A stretch of DNA of 53,801 nucleotides, taken from contig CAZUDG010000002.1 in assembly GCA_964618775.1 (NCBI GenBank), positions 1 through 53,801 of the forward strand. The letters are read 5' to 3'. This DNA comes from an uncultured Lachnospiraceae bacterium. Lineage in GTDB: Bacteria > Bacillota > Clostridia > Lachnospirales > Lachnospiraceae. Positions 16,626 through 24,835 of the stretch are shown piece by piece. Every line of letters begins with the position of its first letter. The first letter of the stretch is position 1. The notes below the pieces were generated by a model. The model did not search any database and was not told the origin of the DNA. It saw nothing but the letters and a program-made list of their open reading frames with translations. A program made the position numbers and the translations under genes.

Positions 16626-19106
16626 ATGAATAAAAAGTATAGAATTGATGGATCAATAACGGTGTTTTTATCAATGACTTTGTTAATTATAATATCTTTA
16701 GTTATGACTACTGCAGAAGCTCTTAGAGCATATAGTATGGCAGTATATACTGAAAGGGCACTGTATACAGCGCTAGATTCAGTATTTGCAGAATTTTACC
16801 ACCCCTTATTTAAAGAATATCATGTGTTTGGACTAGATGGTGGATATGGAGGCAGTTTAATCCAAGAAAAGATAATAGAAGAAAAAATAACAGATTATAT
16901 GGACCATACCTTCTATCCAAGTAATAATATTTCCTTTGGTAATTTTAATGTGCCTATACAGAGTTTTAATATGTTTGGTATAAACGCTAATAATGTAAAT
17001 ATTAAAGACATTAAAACCTTTGAGGATTATAATGGAGATTTGTTTTACACCCAAGGAGTCGATTATACCAGGTATAGTCTTGCAGCAGAAGGGATGGACA
17101 AGCTTCTTGAACAATTTAATTTGATCAAGGAAAAGGAATTAAAGGATGTTGTAACAACACAAGAAGTACTAGAAAAAAAGATGTTTGTAGAAGAAAAGGT
17201 ATCTTTAATCAATGATGACATAATTGCCTTATCTAATTTATTAGATGGAATTATTATTACAAATGAGGGGCCGAAATTAAACAATGAAGGAAATTTATAC
17301 ATAAAGCAAAGTTTCGTTAAAAAAATATGTAGTGATAATAAGATAATTTATGATCCCTATCCCATTAACTCATGGGTTTCTGCATCTTTAAAAGGTAAAT
17401 ATATTAATCCGACCAGCGAAATTAATAAAAGTGTTAGCCTGTTAAATTCATTAATAGAGAACGGGGCAATTAGAGAAAAGACAGAAAAAACCTATAAAGT
17501 TAAATCCAAAATCAGTCTAGAAAGCATTGAAGATAAAGATGAAAAAGCCAGGATAATACAGGAAATAAAAGAAGAAAAGAATATTATTAAAGACTGTGAT
17601 AAATATGAAGAAGAGCTTATCAGTGATTTCAGAAATAGTATTAAAGTAATCAAAAATTTAACATCTAACACATCTAGCCTAATACCAAATACAATCGCAA
17701 TAGTAAACAGATTAATTATAAATCAAAACCAATTATCCGACTCAATAACCGAATATAAAACCTTATTATTAGGAAAAAAAGATATTTTAGAAAAAGATTT
17801 ATATTCAAGTTTGTGGGGTGACTATCTAGAACTAGAAAAATATAAAGGTAATTATTCAGGAGATAAAGATTTTTATAATTTTATAGGAATGAAGAACACA
17901 TTAGAGGATAATCAATTAATATTAAATAAAATTCAAAAGATTATGGATATAAAAATCTCATCAAAAAAGGATACATGGGAAAATGCAAAATTAAGTCTAA
18001 ACCAAGCAAATGATATCCTAAAAAAATATAGTTTTGAATTTCTCAATTTAGACTATAGGTCCTTGAGTAAAAAAGAGGAAGAGGCAGATGTATTTGAGGG
18101 AGTTAACAACATTATAAGTGATGGCATAATGGAACTTCTGTTAGTAGATAATGTTAATATCTCAGATAAGAGTATAGGAGAGGTTGAGATAAGCCGTTTA
18201 CCGTCATATAAATATAAAAACAAAAAGTCATTAGATACAAATTATAATATAAGTGAATTAAATTTAACGAGTTCTTTTAATGGATTTAAAGAAATATTAG
18301 CTTCCTTTACAGATAGTTTTAATGGTGAAGAACTCCTAATCTCTTCGGCAGATTCAATAGGTGGGTCCTTATTATATCAAAAATATATATTAGATCATTT
18401 TGGGTCATATCAAAGTGAAAGAAAGGTAAACATACCGACATCCCTAGATTATGAGGTAGAGTATATTCTCCAAGGCAAAAAATCTGATTCTGAGAATTTG
18501 AAATCCTTTGTATTTAACTTGTTTGTTTTTAGAACACTAATGAACTCAACATCTTTATTTGCTAATTCTGAGAGTAATGAACAAGCAAGATTATTGGCAG
18601 TTTCCCTAGTTGGTTTTCTAGGTCAACCGATATTAGTGACAATAGCAAAAAGTATAATATTATTCACATGGAGCATAGCTGAAAGTATTGTTGAAATATC
18701 TGCCTTATTACAAGAAAAAAGCATAGCATTACTAAAACAAACTAAGGATTTTGAAATAGATTTAAAAGATTTACCCTTTTTAAATAGGAGATTTATTCAG
18801 GCTAAGGTAAACAAAATGAGCAGCAGCAAGTCACCACAACACTTAGATTATGAAGACTACCTAAACATTATGCTACTATTTAAGAACAAGAATGAAAAAA
18901 CTTTCCAGGCTCTAGATTTAATTCAAATAAATCTTCAGAATAATTATGAAGACTCCTTTCTTATAAGTAATTGTATTTATGGCATTAGCGCTTCTGCGGA
19001 CTTTTCTATGGAAGAAAAACTTGTTTCTTTACCATTTATCCAAAAAACAACAGGAAAAGCTAACAAAAAATATTTACACTCTACTAATAGGGAATATTCA
19101 TATTAG
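16626..19106 (+). CDS. 826-aa Tad-locus protein with a pseudopilin/TadE-like N-terminal anchor; function unknown
   Basis: The start abuts the flp stop (TAGATG). The N-terminus GSITVFLSMTLLIIISLVMTTAEALR resembles TadE-type hydrophobic N-termini. The long N/K/E/I-rich body has no motif I recognise. Hydrophobic helices lie near residues 640-700. It may correspond to a Clostridial DUF family, which is unverified. Confidence 0.55.
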   Translation: MNKKYRIDGSITVFLSMTLLIIISLVMTTAEALRAYSMAVYTERALYTALDSVFAEFYHPLFKEYHVFGLDGGYGGSLIQEKIIEEKITDYMDHTFYPSNNISFGNFNVPIQSFNMFGINANNVNIKDIKTFEDYNGDLFYTQGVDYTRYSLAAEGMDKLLEQFNLIKEKELKDVVTTQEVLEKKMFVEEKVSLINDDIIALSNLLDGIIITNEGPKLNNEGNLYIKQSFVKKICSDNKIIYDPYPINSWVSASLKGKYINPTSEINKSVSLLNSLIENGAIREKTEKTYKVKSKISLESIEDKDEKARIIQEIKEEKNIIKDCDKYEEELISDFRNSIKVIKNLTSNTSSLIPNTIAIVNRLIINQNQLSDSITEYKTLLLGKKDILEKDLYSSLWGDYLELEKYKGNYSGDKDFYNFIGMKNTLEDNQLILNKIQKIMDIKISSKKDTWENAKLSLNQANDILKKYSFEFLNLDYRSLSKKEEEADVFEGVNNIISDGIMELLLVDNVNISDKSIGEVEISRLPSYKYKNKKSLDTNYNISELNLTSSFNGFKEILASFTDSFNGEELLISSADSIGGSLLYQKYILDHFGSYQSERKVNIPTSLDYEVEYILQGKKSDSENLKSFVFNLFVFRTLMNSTSLFANSESNEQARLLAVSLVGFLGQPILVTIAKSIILFTWSIAESIVEISALLQEKSIALLKQTKDFEIDLKDLPFLNRRFIQAKVNKMSSSKSPQHLDYEDYLNIMLLFKNKNEKTFQALDLIQINLQNNYEDSFLISNCIYGISASADFSMEEKLVSLPFIQKTTGKANKKYLHSTNREYSY

Positions 19107-19134
19107 AAAAACTAGAAGGATTTGATTATAGGGT

Positions 19135-19257
19135 GAATTGGTATATCCGTTCAAAACAAAGGTAAAAACAATTATTCTCTCCAAGAAAAAGAAGCATTCA
19201 TCCAAACATGCACCCAGAAACTAAAAACAACCCTTAAATGAACGGATATACCAGTTC
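19135..19257. repeat. 19-bp inverted repeat flanking an 85-nt spacer inside the Tad operon
   Basis: GAATTGGTATATCCGTTCA (19135-19153) pairs with TGAACGGATATACCAGTTC (19239-19257). 18 of 19 positions are complementary and the remaining one is G:T. Confidence 0.85.
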
Positions 19258-19296
19258 ATCCAATAATAAGTATTGGCTTATAATGAGGAGTTACAT

Positions 19297-20199
19297 TTGA
19301 AAAGTAGTAAATTATTAAAGACAAGAGGAAAAGCTTCTCTTACAGTTGAAGCAGCACTAGTTTTACCAATCTTCATATTTGCCATACTTGCATTTATATA
19401 TTTTTTACAAATACTAATAATACATGATAGTTTACAAGAAGTAATAACAGAGATAGGGCTTAACTCTGCAAAATACGGCTATGTTTATGATAGTCTTAGT
19501 GATTTCGACAAAGAATCAAAAGACAAGTTAATTATATCCACCGGTGAAACGGAAGACGATGGAATAATAGATAGTGTGATAGAAAGGGAAATTGCAAGAA
19601 GTATAGATAGTGCATATTTTAAATTAGCCCTATACGACAAATTAAATATTGATAAAGTCAATAGTTCATGTATTAAAGATGGATTTACTGGTATTAGTAC
19701 TTATTTTTCAAGTTATATGGAAGAAGATAATAATGTAGATTTAATAATTAATTACAAAATCAAAATACCTACGGTATTTATTAAGATAGATGGTTTTCAA
19801 ATAGTGCAAAGAGTAAAGCTTAGAGGTTGGAATGGTTATCAACCAGATTCTAAAATTGATATGGATTTAGACAACAAGGTTGACCAGGATGAAAGGACAG
19901 TGTACATAACCACCACTGGAATGGTTTATCATACTTCCAACCATTGTACCCATCTAAGCTTATCAATTAGGGATGTACCATTTGATCAGTTAAAGGATCT
20001 TCGTAATCATGCAGGAGGAAAATATAAAAACTGTAATCTTTGTAGTTCACAATCACAAGACATAAATACTGCCTATATTACTATATTTGGTGATAGATAT
20101 CATAGTAACAAGGGTTGTAGTGGACTCAAAAGGACTATTGAGGAAGTAGCGATTTCTCAGGTAGGCGATAGAAGATTATGCAAGAGGTGTGGTAAATAG
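19297..20199 (+). CDS. TadE-like pseudopilin fused to two C-terminal Cys/His (zinc-ribbon-like) modules
   Basis: The N-terminus GKASLTVEAALVLPIFIFAILAFIYF is a TadE-type motif. Two C-terminal repeats have the form Y-I-T-x-x-G-x-x-YH-x(4-5)-C-x-x-L ... C-x-x-C (VYHTSNHCTHL...CNLC and RYHSNKGCSGL...CKRC). The TTG at 19297 lies 6 nt after GAGGAG; the ORF-track TTG at 19273 is the alternative. Confidence 0.65.
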   Translation: MKSSKLLKTRGKASLTVEAALVLPIFIFAILAFIYFLQILIIHDSLQEVITEIGLNSAKYGYVYDSLSDFDKESKDKLIISTGETEDDGIIDSVIEREIARSIDSAYFKLALYDKLNIDKVNSSCIKDGFTGISTYFSSYMEEDNNVDLIINYKIKIPTVFIKIDGFQIVQRVKLRGWNGYQPDSKIDMDLDNKVDQDERTVYITTTGMVYHTSNHCTHLSLSIRDVPFDQLKDLRNHAGGKYKNCNLCSSQSQDINTAYITIFGDRYHSNKGCSGLKRTIEEVAISQVGDRRLCKRCGK

Positions 20200-20211
20200 A
20201 GAGGATGAAAG

Positions 20212-20646
20212 ATGGAAGATATCAGTTTATTGCTTAAAATAATAACGATAGTCTGGCTTTTTATATGCAGTGTTCAAGATATAAAAGAACAGCAAATTAA
20301 TCTTGTTTTAATAGGAGTGGGCTTTATTTCTCTGTTTACCTTATCTTTAATAGAAAATCAGCTCCTAATATGGGAAAGATTAGGGGGAGTCGGTTTGGGA
20401 ATCTTTTTAATCTTACTAAGCAAAATTACAAGAGGGCAAATTGGAATAGGTGATGGCTTAATACTATCTGTAACAGGCATTTCTTTAGGTTTTTATCTTA
20501 ATTCTATTTTACTTATATACAGTTTGTTTATTTCTGCAGTTTTTTCTATTGGGATTATGATAATTAAAAAAGCTAACAGGAAATCAACGATTCCTTTTAC
20601 TCCCTTTGTTTTTATCGTCTCCTTGGGGGTGGTCTTAGGTGAATAA
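20212..20646 (+). CDS. A24 family prepilin peptidase, copy 2 (short form)
   Basis: A 144-aa polytopic membrane protein with Asp contexts CSVQDIKEQQI and IGIGDGLILSVTG. Confidence 0.7.
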   Translation: MEDISLLLKIITIVWLFICSVQDIKEQQINLVLIGVGFISLFTLSLIENQLLIWERLGGVGLGIFLILLSKITRGQIGIGDGLILSVTGISLGFYLNSILLIYSLFISAVFSIGIMIIKKANRKSTIPFTPFVFIVSLGVVLGE

Positions 20647-21226
20647 GATGTTTAAAATCACTTGTAAAGGGAGTTATACAATTGAAGCAGCTTTAATTTT
20701 TCCATTAATATTGTATATAATTATTGCACTAGTGTATTTAGGTTTTTATTTACATGATTTTGGAAAGGTTCAAGCAGTTGTTCATGAAAGTCAAACTAGG
20801 GGAAAAGGACTGGTAAGAAATGAAGTAAATATAAACTCAGGACTACTGTCCTATTCAGATTATCTTGATAGAACTATATTTTATCCAATAGATAATGATT
20901 TTAATAAAAAAGAAAGTCAAATTGCAGAATTTATTTATAAAAGGTGCCAGGATAAACTCCTAATATCTAAAATAAATGATATAGAGGCTAAAGTAGGGAT
21001 TTTTGATATTAATTTAAAAATTATTATGGAAGTTAAATTTCCTTTTAAAATAATAGAAAAACTTTTTAATAGAGAAGGAAATATAGTAATAGAGAGTAAG
21101 GAAGAAATTCATAATCCTACGACTTATATACGAGGATATGAAGTGTCATATAATTTTGTTAAAAAAATAGATGTTGTCAACAAAGTAGTTACTGGGTTAA
21201 AAAAGTTAATTGGAATATCAAAATAA
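20639..21226 (+). CDS. TadE-like pseudopilin/minor pilin
   Basis: The N-terminus GSYTIEAALIFPLILYIIIALVYLGFY is a TadE-type motif. It overlaps the upstream gene by 8 nt. The rest is unrecognised. Confidence 0.55.
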   Translation: MNKMFKITCKGSYTIEAALIFPLILYIIIALVYLGFYLHDFGKVQAVVHESQTRGKGLVRNEVNINSGLLSYSDYLDRTIFYPIDNDFNKKESQIAEFIYKRCQDKLLISKINDIEAKVGIFDINLKIIMEVKFPFKIIEKLFNREGNIVIESKEEIHNPTTYIRGYEVSYNFVKKIDVVNKVVTGLKKLIGISK

Positions 21227-21244
21227 TATATAGGCAGGTATGTC

Positions 21245-22729
21245 ATGGTGCTAGAAGTAAAATATATAATGGATATGCAAGATAATTATTTAATATTAGA
21301 ATGCAATGAAGATAGTTTGAAAAGTTTTTCATCTAAAATGATATTAAGTAATAGGATTCCTGGATTATTAAAAACAGAAATAAGATCTATCGATGATAAA
21401 GATTTTTTCTATTACAATATAACATCAAATGATAGCTTGTTTAATATTTACGAAAATAGGTTGTTTGGTTATCAAGCCTTAAAAGATATATTAAAAGCTA
21501 TTATAAAAACTATTGAAGACAGTAGAGAGTATCTTTTAGAGGAAGAAGATTTTATATTAAAACCCGAGTCTGTTTATATTAATAAAAACAATGAGGAAGT
21601 TCTATTATGTTATTATACTAGTTATAACATACCGCTTTTGAAACAATTTGGTAAATTAATAGAGTATTTTATGAATAAGGTAGATTATAAAGATGAACAG
21701 GCTGTTTTATTAGTTTATGCCTTATATAAGATAACCAAGGAAAGCAATGTTACCTTCAAACAAATAAAAGATGAACTAAACAAGAACATACAAAACAAAA
21801 TGCCTTCTTATATTAATATAGAAAATTCAAATAATGAATATAAAATAGCAGAGACATTAAATAGTAATGGCAATGACTTAGACAAAATAGAAAATAAAAC
21901 AATTAATGGTAAGGATATAAAAAAAGGAAATGCTAATAATTACAATAATACTAATCATACAAGTTGCTCAAGTGAATTTACAAGTGAAATATCTGATGAA
22001 AAAGAAGTAATGATTTATAGTAAGAAAAGCTACATTTTAGCTTTGATATCAATTTTATCTGTATTTTTATTATTTATTATAGTATTGCGGCTAGGCTTAT
22101 TACATAACTCATTTGGAACACAAATTGATTTAATCAAATTATCATGTTTTATAATTGTTGCTGCATGTTTAGAAGGCTTATTTATAAGCAGAATTTTTCA
22201 CAAGGACAATAAGATTTCTAAGATTATTCCAGATACTAAAATCTTTGATATCTCTTATGGAAAAAAAGAAGATCCTTACAATGGTTTTAACCAAGATGAA
22301 AACTTTACTAATAATGATTGTGAAGAATCTAATAACTATATGACCCAGGTGGTAGGGAAGAATGAAGATAAGGAAGATTATAAAACCGAGATATTATCAT
22401 ATTTAGGAGGCAATCAAAGCTCATACTATTTAGAACCAAGCAACTTAATGGACGATAAGATTTATATAAATACATCTCCCTTTATAGTGGGCAATTATAT
22501 TAATGGAGTTAACTATAGGATAGAGGATTCGTCAGTAAGTAGATTTCATGCAAGATTTTTTGTTAATAACGAAAGCATTAGTGTTGTTGACTTAGATTCA
22601 ACCAACGGAACCTTTATAAACGGTTCTAAGATTGAAGCTCATACCTCCTATGAATTATATGACAGAGATGAGATTTGTTTTTCTAAGTGTAGGTTTATAC
22701 TTAAAATAAACTTTATAAAGAAAGAATAA
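21245..22729 (+). CDS. Membrane FHA-domain protein (unknown N-terminal domain, 2 TM helices, C-terminal FHA)
   Basis: A C-terminal FHA signature is present (FIVGN...SVSRFHARFFVNNESISVVDLDSTNGTFINGSKI). TM helices are SYILALISILSVFLLFIIVL and LSCFIIVAACLEGLFISRIF. The N-terminal NYLILE...ILSNRIPGLL pattern recalls a Clostridial DUF; that link is unverified. Confidence 0.75.
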   Translation: MVLEVKYIMDMQDNYLILECNEDSLKSFSSKMILSNRIPGLLKTEIRSIDDKDFFYYNITSNDSLFNIYENRLFGYQALKDILKAIIKTIEDSREYLLEEEDFILKPESVYINKNNEEVLLCYYTSYNIPLLKQFGKLIEYFMNKVDYKDEQAVLLVYALYKITKESNVTFKQIKDELNKNIQNKMPSYINIENSNNEYKIAETLNSNGNDLDKIENKTINGKDIKKGNANNYNNTNHTSCSSEFTSEISDEKEVMIYSKKSYILALISILSVFLLFIIVLRLGLLHNSFGTQIDLIKLSCFIIVAACLEGLFISRIFHKDNKISKIIPDTKIFDISYGKKEDPYNGFNQDENFTNNDCEESNNYMTQVVGKNEDKEDYKTEILSYLGGNQSSYYLEPSNLMDDKIYINTSPFIVGNYINGVNYRIEDSSVSRFHARFFVNNESISVVDLDSTNGTFINGSKIEAHTSYELYDRDEICFSKCRFILKINFIKKE

Positions 22730-22862
22730 AATTATCTAATCTTTCACATCTAAATTTGTTAAATTATTAAGATATAATAAAATACCTTGTAAAAGTAAAC
22801 TTTTTAATTTAATATACTGATGTAAAGATAATTTATGCTTTTGATTAATAAAGGGATTAAAT

Positions 22863-23948
22863 ATGATATCAAAAAAGATATATACAAACTTAATGAGCCT
22901 GGGATTTAATAGTGTAAGTATAGATAAGGACAATATAAGCCTATTCCAACGTCTAGTTGGAGAAATGGTTACTGTTGTAGCCTTATATGATTGTCCCTCA
23001 GGACTAGAATATACAGCGGAGCAACTAACATATATAGACAAGCAAATTAGAAATCATTATCATAGCAAAGGGCATAGCAATGTTGATTTGCTAGGAGTTG
23101 TAATCACTAATAAGGTGGAAAATATAAGAGACGTTGCTATAATGAATAATAATTTTTGGATTTTAGACTCTGAAAAAAAGAGTCTTATTATCTATGAAAA
23201 TCAAGAAGGACAGTATAATGATATAAGAAAACAGATAGGGAATGTATTAGCTGAAGTAAGATTAGAAAGTTTAGGAGATACGTCACCTAGACCAAGACAA
23301 AGCTATTCTAATAAAGTAAGTACAAAATCAAAAAGTGGAATGATTAGAAATCTCTTATCTCAATGGAATACAATCTTAATAATAATTAATGTATTAGTTT
23401 ATTTCATAGTAGATTTCATTAGTAGAAAAAGTGGTCAAGAGCACATTGTAATGTCTGGAGCGCAATATTGGCCCTCAATAGTTCATGGACATGAATATTA
23501 TCGCTTATTAACCTATATGTTTTTGCACTCAAACATAACTCACTTAGCTAATAATATGCTGGTTATGTTTTTTCTAGGTGGAAATCTTGAAAGAGTTGTA
23601 GGCAAATGGAATTTTTTAATTATTTATTTTGGTTCGGGTGTTATAGCAGGCATTGTGTCCATGCTTTATAATATGTTTGATAATCTTAATGTTATTTCTA
23701 TTGGGGCATCAGGTGCTATATTTGGAATTGTAGGAGCTATGGTCAATTTGGTCATTAGAAACAAAGGACGTCTTGTAAATATAAGCTCTAGACAAATGAT
23801 TATGTTTGTTGTATTTAGTTTATATGGAGGACTAACAAGCCAAGGTATTGACAATGCGGCCCATATAGGTGGTTTATTTGCTGGGCTTATACTTGCAGCC
23901 ATATTTTGTAGAACTCCAAAGAGTAAAATGTATAACTATATTAGCTAA
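22863..23948 (+). CDS. Rhomboid family intramembrane serine protease with a cytoplasmic N-terminal domain
   Basis: HSNITHLANNM (H-x(3)-N region), catalytic GASGAIFG and catalytic His in AAHIGGLFAG are present, within six TM helices in the C-terminal half. Confidence 0.85.
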   Translation: MISKKIYTNLMSLGFNSVSIDKDNISLFQRLVGEMVTVVALYDCPSGLEYTAEQLTYIDKQIRNHYHSKGHSNVDLLGVVITNKVENIRDVAIMNNNFWILDSEKKSLIIYENQEGQYNDIRKQIGNVLAEVRLESLGDTSPRPRQSYSNKVSTKSKSGMIRNLLSQWNTILIIINVLVYFIVDFISRKSGQEHIVMSGAQYWPSIVHGHEYYRLLTYMFLHSNITHLANNMLVMFFLGGNLERVVGKWNFLIIYFGSGVIAGIVSMLYNMFDNLNVISIGASGAIFGIVGAMVNLVIRNKGRLVNISSRQMIMFVVFSLYGGLTSQGIDNAAHIGGLFAGLILAAIFCRTPKSKMYNYIS

Positions 23949-23951
23949 TCT

Positions 23952-24698
23952 TTAGTTAAAATCATAGATTGGCAAAGTAACTCTAAAGCATGTTTCTTCA
24001 TTGTCTGATATTATTTCAAGATTACCTACGTGTGATGATATAATACTTTTAGCTATAGGTAATCCCAAACCAGTGCCAGAGTCTTTATTTGTAAAGTAGG
24101 GATTTAAAATTTTTTCTTTTAATGCATTAGTTACAGGTTTGCCATTATCAATAATATCAATAATAAGAGTAGTATTACTGGACTTACATAATATTTGAAC
24201 CAAGCCGTAACCCCTTGGGGATGACTCGATGGCATTTTTAACAAGGTTAGTGAAGGCTTGTTTTAGCCTCATTTTGTCAAACATATAACTTGTAAAATAT
24301 TTCTTTGAAACCTCATCAACATTTAGGATAAGTTTAACGCTGCTCTCTTCGGCAAAAGATAACATAGAGTTAACAACTGACCCTATCAAAGATAATAGAT
24401 TACCCTCGCAAATTGTTACGTCTATACAGTTATGAATTTCTTTAAAGTTCTTTACTAATTCAATACTATCAGCAATATCATTTTTAATTTGATTCCAATA
24501 TTTAATATCTTTTATATCAGGATATCTACATTCCATAAGTTGTATTGAACTGTTAATTAGAGTTAGGGGATTATTGATTTCATGAAACATCTCATTCATA
24601 ACATCGTTATAGTAATCAATGTATTGGTTAACAACAGAAGAACAATCCTCACTAAGCGTTTTTGAACTATTTACATATTTATCAGTTAATTTACCCAT
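23952..24698 (-). CDS. Soluble sensor-less histidine kinase (DHp + HATPase_c only)
   Basis: H-box FHEINNPLTLI, N-box LVKNAIES, G1 IDNG and G2 GTGLGLPIAKSI are present. There are no TM helices, no PAS/GAF-sized N-terminal domain, and no adjacent response regulator. Confidence 0.8.
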   Translation of the reverse strand: MGKLTDKYVNSSKTLSEDCSSVVNQYIDYYNDVMNEMFHEINNPLTLINSSIQLMECRYPDIKDIKYWNQIKNDIADSIELVKNFKEIHNCIDVTICEGNLLSLIGSVVNSMLSFAEESSVKLILNVDEVSKKYFTSYMFDKMRLKQAFTNLVKNAIESSPRGYGLVQILCKSSNTTLIIDIIDNGKPVTNALKEKILNPYFTNKDSGTGLGLPIAKSIISSHVGNLEIISDNEETCFRVTLPIYDFN

Positions 24699-24835
24699 AT
24701 TATAGCCCCCATAAAATAATATTACCAGATTATGGTTAACTTTACAATAAGAACCAGTCTACAAAAAAAGGCATATTTTGAGAAAATGTGATAAAGTCAT
24801 TACAAATGAGCATAGCTTAAGGAAGGGAGAAGGTT

